A stretch of 22,215 bases of DNA. It comes from Acidobacteriota bacterium. Its GTDB lineage: Bacteria; Acidobacteriota; UBA6911; JACQSX01. This document shows positions 7,715 through 15,890 of the stretch, in pieces (position 1 is the stretch's first letter; every line of letters begins with the position of its first letter). Location of the stretch: contig DASXQR010000205.1 of the NCBI GenBank assembly GCA_036507075.1, positions 1 through 22,215 of the forward strand, written 5' to 3'. Made by a program: the position numbers and the translations under genes. The notes below the pieces were generated by a model. It saw only the letters and a program-made list of their open reading frames with translations, was not told the origin of the DNA and made no database searches.

Positions 7715-9448
7715 TCAGCGGCTGATTCCCTGGCGGCTGAGCCCTTCACTCCGGACTTCCTGCGACCCTTCGCTGAAAACGAACCTGCGATTCACCGGCA
7801 GCTCTCTCCATTCCTGAATCCTGCCGCTGGGCCATCGGATCTGCAGCCGGTCCACAACTTCGGCGTGTGCCAATCCGAAATACAATCTCATGTCATTGTG
7901 TGAAAAAAAACTGCCCCCGCTGCGGACTTCATCCATCTGCCGCATTCCGCCGGCTTCGACGGTAAGGCGCGCCCCAATGCCGCTTCGATTTGATTTTGTT
8001 CCAATCACGCCCACCATAATCGCGTTCTGGTGCGCTCCCTCATTCTTCAGCACCGCGGGCCTGTCGTTCATGTTGACGATGACAATTTCGGGATGGCCAT
8101 CCCCATCCAGATCGCCGGCAGCCATGCCACGAGCGGCCCGCAACTGCAGCAAAGCCCTTCCGGATTGCGGTGTTACGTCTGCAAATCTGCCATTCCCCAG
8201 GTTGCGGTAAAGCAGTGTCTTTTGGAGATAGCGATCCCCAACGGCGGCCTTTTCAACTTCCGGATACACATGGCCGTTGGCCATAAGAATATCCTTCCAG
8301 CCGTCTTCATCCGCGTCCACAAAAACGACGCCCCAGCCGAGGAGTTGGTTCACCGACAGGCCGGCTTCTCTGGAGACATCCGTGAAGAATCTACCGTCTT
8401 CATTTTTGTAAAGCGAAGATGGCTCACCCGAAAAGTTCGTTTTCACCACGTCGAAGAAGCCGTTGCCATCGTAGTCTCCGGCGGCAACGCCCATTCCCGC
8501 CTGCACGCGGCCGTCAAAATTGTACGCCACTCCTGCCGCAGCTCCCCGCTCTTCAAAAGTACCGTCACCGCGGTTGCGATACAGCAGGCTGGGTGTCTGA
8601 TCGCAGGCGACGTAGATGTCGGGCCAGCCGTCGTTGTCGAAGTCTGAAACAATCACGCCCAATCCGTATCGCCCGCCCGGCTTCAAAATGCCGGCCTCCC
8701 TGGAAACGTCCGTAAACGTGCCGTCCTGATTGTTGTGGTAGAGAACGTTCTTGCCTGGTGGCAGGCCCCGCGGCCCGCACATCACGGGCAAGCCTTTCCA
8801 GGAGCAGTTTGGATTCTCCCCGGGCTTTGGCGTCCTTTTCAGGTCCAGATCGACGTAGTTCGACACAAAAAGATCGAGCCATCCGTCGCGATCATAATCT
8901 ACGAAACTGCAGCCCGCTCCCCAGCGGGTGCCCCCCGTGGGAAGTTTCGCCTGAGCGGTGACATCGCGAAGTTTACCGGCCCCTTCGTTTCGATAGAGCA
9001 CGTTATGACCGTAATAGGCGACAAACAGATCGGGCCGGCCGTCGTTGTCATAGTCGCCAACACACACTCCCTGTGCCCATCCCGCCTTCAACATTCCCGC
9101 CTGCTCGGCGACTTCCACGAAGCGGCCGGCGCCGTTGTTCCTGTAAAGGTGAGACAGGCTGGATGTATTCGCATCGGCATCCAGCGTCGTTCCATTCGTA
9201 ATCAGTACGTCGTTCCATCCGTCGCCATCCAAATCGAAGATGGCCGCGCCGTTGCCGGTAGTCTCCAGAATGAAGGTCTTGTGGTCCCGGCCGCCGTAGG
9301 TATTAGGCCGGACAAAGCCCCACTGCGCGGCAACGTCGACGTACTGAATCTTTGAATTCGACGTGTCCTCGGGTCTGACTGGCTCAGAGTAAGCTGTGAA
9401 GAAAAAGGCGAGAAATAAAAGCAGAGCGATTCGGTAACTGAACAGCAT
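7715..9448 (-). CDS. CRTAC1-family protein (FG-GAP repeats + ASPIC/UnbV), exported; start re-assigned to ATG 9448
   Basis: Signal peptide MLFSYRIALLLFLAFFFTAYS; DLDGDGWND, DYDNDGRPD, DYDRDGWLD and DFDNDGWPD loops; SNRSGIGARL...GGSFFSHNDMRLYFG...IRWPSG; colinear with 168-1886. Confidence 0.93.
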   Translation of the reverse strand: MLFSYRIALLLFLAFFFTAYSEPVRPEDTSNSKIQYVDVAAQWGFVRPNTYGGRDHKTFILETTGNGAAIFDLDGDGWNDVLITNGTTLDADANTSSLSHLYRNNGAGRFVEVAEQAGMLKAGWAQGVCVGDYDNDGRPDLFVAYYGHNVLYRNEGAGKLRDVTAQAKLPTGGTRWGAGCSFVDYDRDGWLDLFVSNYVDLDLKRTPKPGENPNCSWKGLPVMCGPRGLPPGKNVLYHNNQDGTFTDVSREAGILKPGGRYGLGVIVSDFDNDGWPDIYVACDQTPSLLYRNRGDGTFEERGAAAGVAYNFDGRVQAGMGVAAGDYDGNGFFDVVKTNFSGEPSSLYKNEDGRFFTDVSREAGLSVNQLLGWGVVFVDADEDGWKDILMANGHVYPEVEKAAVGDRYLQKTLLYRNLGNGRFADVTPQSGRALLQLRAARGMAAGDLDGDGHPEIVIVNMNDRPAVLKNEGAHQNAIMVGVIGTKSNRSGIGARLTVEAGGMRQMDEVRSGGSFFSHNDMRLYFGLAHAEVVDRLQIRWPSGRIQEWRELPVNRRFVFSEGSQEVRSEGLSRQGISR

Positions 9449-9508
9449 CCGTCGGATTATAACCCTGGGTTTGAATGAAGCTGCTATCGCCAGCGATTCA
9501 ACCGCCGT

Positions 9509-9591
9509 CACCGCAAAGCCGCAGAGTGCTCTGAGTTACCGCAAGTTTGCTATCTCTGTGTAAACTTTGCGTTTTTTGCGACTCTGCGGTG
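9509..9591. repeat. Degenerate palindromic element of the CACCGC(A/G)AG family
   Basis: CACCGCAAAGCCGCAGAG ... CTTTGCGTTTTTTGCGACTCTGCGGTG; the flanking CGATTCA (9494-9500) and TGAATCG (9594-9600) also pair. Confidence 0.75.
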
Positions 9592-9662
9592 GATGAATCG
9601 ACCCTACCTTCCTGCATCCAAGAACTCCCATCTAAATCCAAAAACCTGAATCAGTTTTCCGC

Positions 9663-9691
9663 TTGACCCATAAGATATCTGCATCTACATT
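9663..9691 (+). promoter_or_regulatory. Candidate sigma70-type promoter for the TonB-dependent receptor arm
   Basis: TTGACC (9663-9668), 17-nt spacer, TACATT (9686-9691), about 60 nt upstream of ATG 9753, which has a GGAGGA RBS at 9743-9748. Confidence 0.6.
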
Positions 9692-9752
9692 CATCATGTT
9701 CTAAAGTCTCTTTCCGTTAAACTTGGTCAGTTTCTTCCTGGGGGAGGAAAGT

Positions 9753-12700
9753 ATGTCAAGGGCAGCCTTCCGGGCACTCACCGCCATAGGTTTTTTTCTT
9801 CTTATTACAACGCCATTGCTGGCACAGCGTGACATGGGAACGATATTGGGTGTGGTCAAAGACCAGAGCGGCGCCTTGATTCCCGGCGCTACTGTGACCA
9901 TCACCGAGGAAAACACACGCGCAGCCGTCACCGTTCTCACCGACGATGCCGGAAACTACATCCGGCCGCTGCTTAAACCCGGCGATTACACAATCGAAGT
10001 GGAGATGTCGGGCTTCAAGAAAGCGGTGCAGAAGAATGTCAGGCTCAGTCCCGGAGACCGCGTTGCGGTCGACATCACCCTGGAAGTGGGACAGGTCAGT
10101 GAAATGATCGAAATCACCGCGGCTCCTCCCGCGCTACAGACGGAAAGCACCGAGCTGGGAGGAACTTTACAAACGGCGCAGGTGTCGCAACTCCCTCTTT
10201 CCGGCCAGCGTAAATTCACATTTCTGGCGCGCACGCTGCCGGCTGTTCTTCCACCCGAGCCGGGCGCGCGCGATGAAGCGGGCGGAGGGTTCTCCGCCAA
10301 TGGAGTGCGTTCCAACGGCCAGAACAACTTCCTTCTGAACGGCGTCGACAATAATGTCAACGTGATTGACTTCATCAACCAGACCGCGTACGTCATTGGT
10401 CCTTCGATTGAGGCCATCGGCGAAATGAAGATTCTGACCAACGGCTACAACGCGGAGTACGGCCGTGGGGCAGGCGGCGTGGTCAACGTGACGCTGAAGA
10501 CGGGAACCAACGGATTTCACGGGTCTTTATTTGAGTTTCTCCAGAACGATAAGTTGAATGCGAACCAGTGGGAATCCAACAAGGCGGGAAAAAATCGAGG
10601 GCCTTTCAAACAGAATCAATTTGGCGGAACGATCGGAGGACCGATTGTAAAGGATCACACCTTCTTTTTCTTTGATTATCAGGGGACACGCATTCGGTCC
10701 ACCGGCGGCGCCGTCCCTGGAATCGGAAACACCTTAATTCGCACTGTTCCGCGCTCGGCCTTCAAAAATGGAGACTTTTCCAGTCTTTTGACAAGTAGGG
10801 TCGTTGGCACAGATGCTCTCGGCCGGCCGGTTTTGGAAGGCGCTATCTATGACATCCTTACGACACGCACGGCGCCAAACGGCCAACTGGTACGCGATCC
10901 ATTCCCCGGCAATATTATTCCTTCGAACCGCTGGGACGCCGCTGCCAAGAAGTTGATTGACCTTTATCCCAACCCAAACCAGAACTTGAACGATCGCATT
11001 CCGGGGAATAACTTCCTGGTAGTGACGTCAGGAAGAGCGAATGTGAATCAGTGGGACGTCCGGATTGATCATAAGCTTTCAGAGAAGGACAGCCTCTTTG
11101 GAAGTTTGAGCTGGTCAAATGAAGACAAGTTCCAGCAACCGCCCTTCCCGGGACCACTGGACTCGGCCGGTTTTGCCGGTGAGACGGAAGGAAACAAGGG
11201 CCGTAATGTGATGTTGAGCTGGACGCGGATTTTCAGTCCCACATTCGTGACTGAAACACGTCTTGCCTATTCACGCCTAGTTACGCAGAGAACGCAGGCG
11301 AATGCCACGAAGGACCTGCAAAAGGAATTTGGAATCGGCGGGCTGCAGACATTCGGCCCACTGAACGGCGGTTTGCCCAACATCCAACCTGAAGGTTACA
11401 GTGAAGCCGGAGGAGGGGAGTGGCTGCCGACGCTGGAGTATTCCAATGTTTACGACTTCATCGAGAATGTCTCGGTCGTCAAGCAAGCGCATGCGCTCAA
11501 ATTTGGTTTTGAATATCGACCCATCGGCTTTCCGTTTTTCCAGGTGCCATCACCGCGCGGCACGCTGCGCTTCCAGAGGAATCGGACGCAGCATCCGCAA
11601 TTCCCGGGGACGACAGGGGACGGCATCGCGGGCTGGCTCCTTGGATATCCGGGCAACAGCCGTATCACTTCGGCGAACTTCATTTCATCGGAAAAAGTGG
11701 CGTATGCCTGGTACGCCCAGGATGACTGGAAAGTCAACCCTAACCTGACTCTCAATATCGGCGTGCGCTATGAGTTGTTCTCGCCGATCGGCGAGAAGTT
11801 CGGGCGCCAGTCAAACTTCGATCAGGACCGCCTCGCGATCGTGATTCCCGAAGGCAAGGATAAGGACCTTCCGCTTCCAGGCAATTTTGCAACCGCGTTC
11901 CCCCAGATCAAAGTGGAGCGTGGCCAGGCCAGCAAGTACCTGATCCCCTGGGACAAGACCAATATTTCACCGCGGCTCGGTCTTGCCTGGAAATTCAGGG
12001 ACAAAATGGTGTTCCGTGGCGGCTACGGCATCTTCTACGGTGGCGAAGAGAATCAAGGAGGAAATCCGAATCGAGGCGAGAGCGTTCCATTTAATCTTGA
12101 AATGCAACTGATATCTCCCGACGCATTCTCATTGGTGCCGAACTTGAAACGCTTTTCAGATGGATTTCCACTCGATGTTTTCAACTTGCCCGCAACGCTT
12201 ACATTCCGCACTGTCGTCCCTAACTTCCGAAATCCGCTGGTGCACAAGTGGAACCTGGCAATTCAACGGGAATTCGGTTACCGCACTTCGCTGGAGGTGG
12301 CGTACGTTGGATCCAAGGGTTTGCACCTGGTCAATTTAAACGATCCCAATCAGCCGCGGAACGATCCTAACCCCTCAGCTCCGGTGGCCCCGCGACGGCG
12401 TATTCCCTTCATCGGCGGTACAGTCACCACTAATTCCAACGGTTTCTCGAACTACCATGGACTGGCGACCAAGCTCGAGAGGCAGTTCTCGGGTGGTTTG
12501 CAGTTCCTGGCCGCCTACACCTGGTCGCATGCGCTGACCAATGTCGGAACTACTCTCGCGGGCGGACCGGGGACACGCGATGTAACCAACTGGGACAATG
12601 AATACGCACACGCCAATTTCCACCTCAAGCATCGCTTCGTTTACAGCACTATTTACGATTTGCCGTTCGGCCGCGGAAGAAAGTTTGGTTCGAACTTGAC

Positions 12701-13181
12701 CGGACCCGTCAATGCAATCCTTGGCGATTGGCAGGCCAATGCGATCATTACGCTGCAGAGCGGTAACGCCTTCAACCTCGGAACACGCAATGCGAGCTGC
12801 GGCTGTGGCGGCACCGTGCGGCCGGATGTGGTATCAGGCAAGGACCCGAATGCTGCGCCTCCCGGAGGGCGCACGCCGGACCTGTGGTTTGACATTACGG
12901 CTGTTAAAGATCCAGCGCCGGGAACGTACGGCAATCTTGGAAACTTCAGCAATTACGGCCCGCCGTACCGGAATGTGGATTTTTCGCTCTTCAAGGATTT
13001 TGCCATTAGCGAGCGGTCAAAGATTCAGTTCCGAAGCGAGTTTTTCAATTTGCTCAACACCCCGCAGTTCAGAGCCGGCTCGATCAGTGCCACTCAGGGC
13101 GCCAGTGATTTTGGACGTATCACTGGAACGCTTCCCGGCACGGAGCGGCATATTCAGTTTGCGCTGCGGTATGAGTTTTAG
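9753..13181 (+). CDS. TonB-dependent outer-membrane receptor, Oar-like, with N-terminal carboxypeptidase-regulatory-like domain; start ATG 9753
   Basis: Signal peptide ending LLA/Q; GTILGVVKDQSGALIPGATVTITE N-domain; NNFLLNGVDNN, YNAEYGRGAGGVVNVTLKTGTN, AWYAQDDWKVNPNLTLNIGVRYE and NISPRLGLAW motifs; C-terminal FALRYEF with terminal Phe. Confidence 0.95.
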   Translation: MSRAAFRALTAIGFFLLITTPLLAQRDMGTILGVVKDQSGALIPGATVTITEENTRAAVTVLTDDAGNYIRPLLKPGDYTIEVEMSGFKKAVQKNVRLSPGDRVAVDITLEVGQVSEMIEITAAPPALQTESTELGGTLQTAQVSQLPLSGQRKFTFLARTLPAVLPPEPGARDEAGGGFSANGVRSNGQNNFLLNGVDNNVNVIDFINQTAYVIGPSIEAIGEMKILTNGYNAEYGRGAGGVVNVTLKTGTNGFHGSLFEFLQNDKLNANQWESNKAGKNRGPFKQNQFGGTIGGPIVKDHTFFFFDYQGTRIRSTGGAVPGIGNTLIRTVPRSAFKNGDFSSLLTSRVVGTDALGRPVLEGAIYDILTTRTAPNGQLVRDPFPGNIIPSNRWDAAAKKLIDLYPNPNQNLNDRIPGNNFLVVTSGRANVNQWDVRIDHKLSEKDSLFGSLSWSNEDKFQQPPFPGPLDSAGFAGETEGNKGRNVMLSWTRIFSPTFVTETRLAYSRLVTQRTQANATKDLQKEFGIGGLQTFGPLNGGLPNIQPEGYSEAGGGEWLPTLEYSNVYDFIENVSVVKQAHALKFGFEYRPIGFPFFQVPSPRGTLRFQRNRTQHPQFPGTTGDGIAGWLLGYPGNSRITSANFISSEKVAYAWYAQDDWKVNPNLTLNIGVRYELFSPIGEKFGRQSNFDQDRLAIVIPEGKDKDLPLPGNFATAFPQIKVERGQASKYLIPWDKTNISPRLGLAWKFRDKMVFRGGYGIFYGGEENQGGNPNRGESVPFNLEMQLISPDAFSLVPNLKRFSDGFPLDVFNLPATLTFRTVVPNFRNPLVHKWNLAIQREFGYRTSLEVAYVGSKGLHLVNLNDPNQPRNDPNPSAPVAPRRRIPFIGGTVTTNSNGFSNYHGLATKLERQFSGGLQFLAAYTWSHALTNVGTTLAGGPGTRDVTNWDNEYAHANFHLKHRFVYSTIYDLPFGRGRKFGSNLTGPVNAILGDWQANAIITLQSGNAFNLGTRNASCGCGGTVRPDVVSGKDPNAAPPGGRTPDLWFDITAVKDPAPGTYGNLGNFSNYGPPYRNVDFSLFKDFAISERSKIQFRSEFFNLLNTPQFRAGSISATQGASDFGRITGTLPGTERHIQFALRYEF

Positions 13182-13194
13182 AGATTGAGGAATT

Positions 13195-13229
13195 CACCAC
13201 ATAGGCACAGAGGGGGAGCCGCAACCAAA
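13195..13229. repeat. Solo left arm of the CACCAC(A)AG palindrome family followed by GGAGCCGCAACCAAA
   Basis: CACCACATAGGCACAGAG resembles the arm at 7521; no matching right arm is found before the next gene. Confidence 0.5.
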
Positions 13230-13256
13230 CGCGTCATCGGTCATTAATCGATTCAG

Positions 13257-13497
13257 GTGCCTGGAGGGCACAAAGAGTATAGCCGGGGGCAAGCGCGTTT
13301 TGTGCGCGCCGCCCCCGTGCGATGTTCAAAAGACATGAACCCTGTAAGGGTTCCATAGCTTCTCACCATTCGTCTGTTGTTTGCGAGCTTCGCTTCAGCC
13401 CTTTCAGGGCGAGATTGTGAGGGCGGACGCGGTCCGGGGGCGTCAGCGCAAAAAGCGCGCTTTGCCCCCGGCTATACTCTTTGACCGCTATGCGGTC
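13257..13497. repeat. REP/REPIN-like composite palindromic element (about 240 bp)
   Basis: Perfect 22-bp inverted repeat CAAAGAGTATAGCCGGGGGCAA (13271-13292 / 13462-13483), extending imperfectly to about 47 bp. Four short hairpins: GTGCC-TGGAG-GGCAC, GAACCC-TGTAA-GGGTTC, GCCCT-TTC-AGGGC, GACCGC-TAT-GCGGTC. Confidence 0.9.
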
Positions 13498-13531
13498 CAG
13501 GAAATTGCCCCTTCAGCTAGAGAAATGCAGT

Positions 13532-14914
13532 GTGAGTAGTACAAAGTCATTGCGAATTCTGAGTTTTTTCTGCCTTCTCATCTTTCCTGTTTTCGCGCAA
13601 AACACCCCAAACGACAGCATCGACCAGGCTATGCAGTTGCTCATGTCTGGGCAGAAGGCAGCCGCCCAGCGGATGCTGGGTCGAATTGCCAGCTCGCATC
13701 CGGGAAATTTCGAAGCGCATTACCGTCTCGGTTTGATAGCTCTGGACAGCAGCGATCTGCCCACGGCTGCCGCCAGTCTCCAGAAAGCTTCGCAGCTCAA
13801 GCCGGGATCGCCTCACGTGTGGCTTGCATTGGCCCAGACCTACCTGAAATCCAACCGTCAGAAACCGGCGCGAAACGCCGCCAACAAGGCCGAACTGGCC
13901 GCGCACGACAATCAGGTGATTCTGCACGGGCTGGCGATCTTTTACTCGCAGACAGGAGACTGGGCCAGAGCGGCTGAGTTTGAAAGCCGCTACGCGCTGC
14001 GAATTCCCGCAGATCAGGAGGCGGTACCGCGCGCCACCGCATTTTATCTGAATGCCGGGCAGCCGAAGAGAGCAATTGAACTGGCCACCAGAGCCCTGGC
14101 GAGCGCCGAGCGCGCTGATTTGCGCAATCTGCTTGGAAAGGCGTACGAAGCCGACGGCCAGTTCGACAAGACAATTCTCGAGTTGCAGCAGGCAATACGC
14201 CTCAGCCCGGATGAAGAATCGTACTATTTCGACCTGGCCCATGCACTTTTGACGCATCAGAACTTCGACGTCGCCATCCAGATTCTGCAGGCGGCAAAGA
14301 AACGTTTCGACCGGAGCGCTCAATTGGAGCTGGCGCTGGGCGTTGCCTATTACGGCCAGCGACGTTTTCCCGAGGCTGTGGATGCATTCCTGCGCACCAC
14401 AGCTCTGGCTCCCGAAATTGAGCAGCCTTATGTCTTCCTGGCCAGGATCATCGAGCACGGTCGGGATCGATTGCTGGAGATCACTCAAAAATTCGCCCGG
14501 TTTGCGGAGACAAATCCAGGCAACTTTCTCGGGTCCTTTTTGCATGCCAGAGGGCTTGTGGCGCAAATCGGGTTGATCGGCGAGAACGAGGAAAATGCCA
14601 CTCAGGCGGAGGCTTTGCTGAGGAAATCAATCGCGCTGAATGAACGATATTGGGAGTCTCATTTTGAGCTCGGGCTGTTGCTGGAACGAAAAAGGGACCT
14701 TACCGGTGCGGCATTTGAACTGGAACGGAGCGCCCAATTGAACCCACGCAATCCAGGGGTGCATTACAGGCTGTCTCGCGTATATGATCGTCTGGGCAAG
14801 CCGGACAGGGCGCTGGCCGAGCGCCAGTTGCACGAAAAGTTGGCTGCCGAGGAGAAGGCCGCCGTGGAGAAACATGCAGCCGGTGTGAAACGGCTGGAAC
14901 TGGTGGTGAAATGA
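13532..14914 (+). CDS. Exported tetratricopeptide repeat protein; start uncertain (GTG 13532 preferred)
   Basis: Signal-like SLRILSFFCLLIFPVFA/Q; many TPRs (FEAHYRLGLIAL, LRNLLGKAYEADGQ, WESHFELGLLLE, PGVHYRLSRVYDRLG). The ORF-track TTG at 13481 lies inside the repeat. Confidence 0.88.
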   Translation: MSSTKSLRILSFFCLLIFPVFAQNTPNDSIDQAMQLLMSGQKAAAQRMLGRIASSHPGNFEAHYRLGLIALDSSDLPTAAASLQKASQLKPGSPHVWLALAQTYLKSNRQKPARNAANKAELAAHDNQVILHGLAIFYSQTGDWARAAEFESRYALRIPADQEAVPRATAFYLNAGQPKRAIELATRALASAERADLRNLLGKAYEADGQFDKTILELQQAIRLSPDEESYYFDLAHALLTHQNFDVAIQILQAAKKRFDRSAQLELALGVAYYGQRRFPEAVDAFLRTTALAPEIEQPYVFLARIIEHGRDRLLEITQKFARFAETNPGNFLGSFLHARGLVAQIGLIGENEENATQAEALLRKSIALNERYWESHFELGLLLERKRDLTGAAFELERSAQLNPRNPGVHYRLSRVYDRLGKPDRALAERQLHEKLAAEEKAAVEKHAAGVKRLELVVK

Positions 14915-15633
14915 GGCGCATATTAACAGAGCGGAATGTTAACCGTCGCGAATTCATCGCCGGCGCGGCGGCTGTGCTGGGAGTCTCGGCTCCCCGCCTG
15001 AACGGTCAGGGCACGACCAAACTTCTGGTTCCCACCGATCAGCCCGACGAGTATGGCTTCCGGATAATGTGGTATACCCCAACACCTCCCATCGATGCTC
15101 GAACTTACCGCTTGCAGGTTGGCGGCCTTGTTGAAAAGAAGCAGTCACTGACAGTCGAGCAGCTCCGACGCTATCCGCAGGAAGCTCAGAGCTCGCGCCT
15201 GAAGTGCGTGCAGTGCTGGTCGTCGCGCACAACCTGGGGAGGCTTTCGCTTCGGGGAGCTGATGGAGACAGTACGCCCATTGAAACAAGCCAAAGCCATC
15301 CGCATTGACTGCGCCGACAAGTGGTATGAATACCTGTCCATTGAAGAGATGCTGTCGCCGCGCGTGATGCTGGTTCTCGACATGGCAGCCAAGCCGCTGC
15401 CTGACCGGCACGGAGCACCGCTGCGGCTGATTGCGCCGTCCAAGTACGGGTATAAGTCCGCAAAGCTGATCACTTCGATCGAATTCGTCGAAGAAGGCAA
15501 AGGGAGCATGGCATGCGACCTCGGACCGTATTACTCGCCCCACGGAAACATCCAGGCGAGCTACGATCATCCACTCGATCTCGGGCCCAAGGCACGCGCG
15601 AAAATTAAAGCGGGGGAGATTACCGAGTATTGA
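14911..15633 (+). CDS. Tat-signal molybdopterin-dependent oxidoreductase (sulfite oxidase/MsrP-like catalytic domain)
   Basis: NRREFI twin-arginine motif; YRLQVGGLVEK, RLKCVQCWS (putative Mo-ligating Cys) and PLPDRHGAPLRLIAPSKYGYKSAK signatures; ATGA overlap with the TPR gene. Confidence 0.9.
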   Translation: MRRILTERNVNRREFIAGAAAVLGVSAPRLNGQGTTKLLVPTDQPDEYGFRIMWYTPTPPIDARTYRLQVGGLVEKKQSLTVEQLRRYPQEAQSSRLKCVQCWSSRTTWGGFRFGELMETVRPLKQAKAIRIDCADKWYEYLSIEEMLSPRVMLVLDMAAKPLPDRHGAPLRLIAPSKYGYKSAKLITSIEFVEEGKGSMACDLGPYYSPHGNIQASYDHPLDLGPKARAKIKAGEITEY

Positions 15634-15882
15634 GGGAATAGGGAATGCGGAATGCGGAATTTCCGTTGTCCGTGGTCCATGGTCAGTTGTCAGTGGTGCT
15701 CAGTGGTCAGTGTTTTAGTGGTTAATGGTTCAGTTCTCATCGACGTTCGAACTTGAAACACCAGACATTAAGATGGAACAACGGATAACCGACGACTGAC
15801 AACTGACCGCTGACTACGGACAACAGATCACTGACTACGGGTATTCCAAATTCCGTATTCCGAATTCCGCATTCCGAATTCG
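15634..15882. repeat. Nested inverted heptamer arrays: (GGAATGC)n [ (GTTGTCA/GTGGTCA)n ... (ACAACTG/ACTACGG)n ] (ATTCCGC)n
   Basis: Outer left about 15634-15661, inner left about 15663-15733, inner right about 15777-15840, outer right about 15843-15882; each right tract is the reverse complement of its left tract. Confidence 0.9.
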
Positions 15883-15890
15883 AGAGGCCC

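Noticed and set aside
7483..7749. 88-aa ORF containing PQRHKEHK and LCSLCLCGE
   Set aside because: The Cys/His pattern is the translation of the palindrome arms, not a metal-binding peptide.
168..9448. Enediyne or other biosynthetic cluster suggested by UnbV domains
   Set aside because: No PKS, NRPS, thioesterase or precursor peptide is present; ASPIC/UnbV domains are widespread outside such clusters.
9449..9511. ORF-track starts at 9511, 9723, 13481, 17177 and 19879
   Set aside because: They fall within repeats or overlap neighbours, or a downstream start gives a better RBS, signal peptide or family-typical N-terminus.
13547..14566. 339-aa antisense ORF and the many other 60-220-aa overlapping ORFs
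   Set aside because: They are shadow frames of well-supported genes in GC-rich DNA, with no recognisable motifs.
14911..15633. Gene symbol msrP/yedY
   Set aside because: The active-site motif differs (CVQC), the protein is shorter and msrQ is absent, so only the family is supported.
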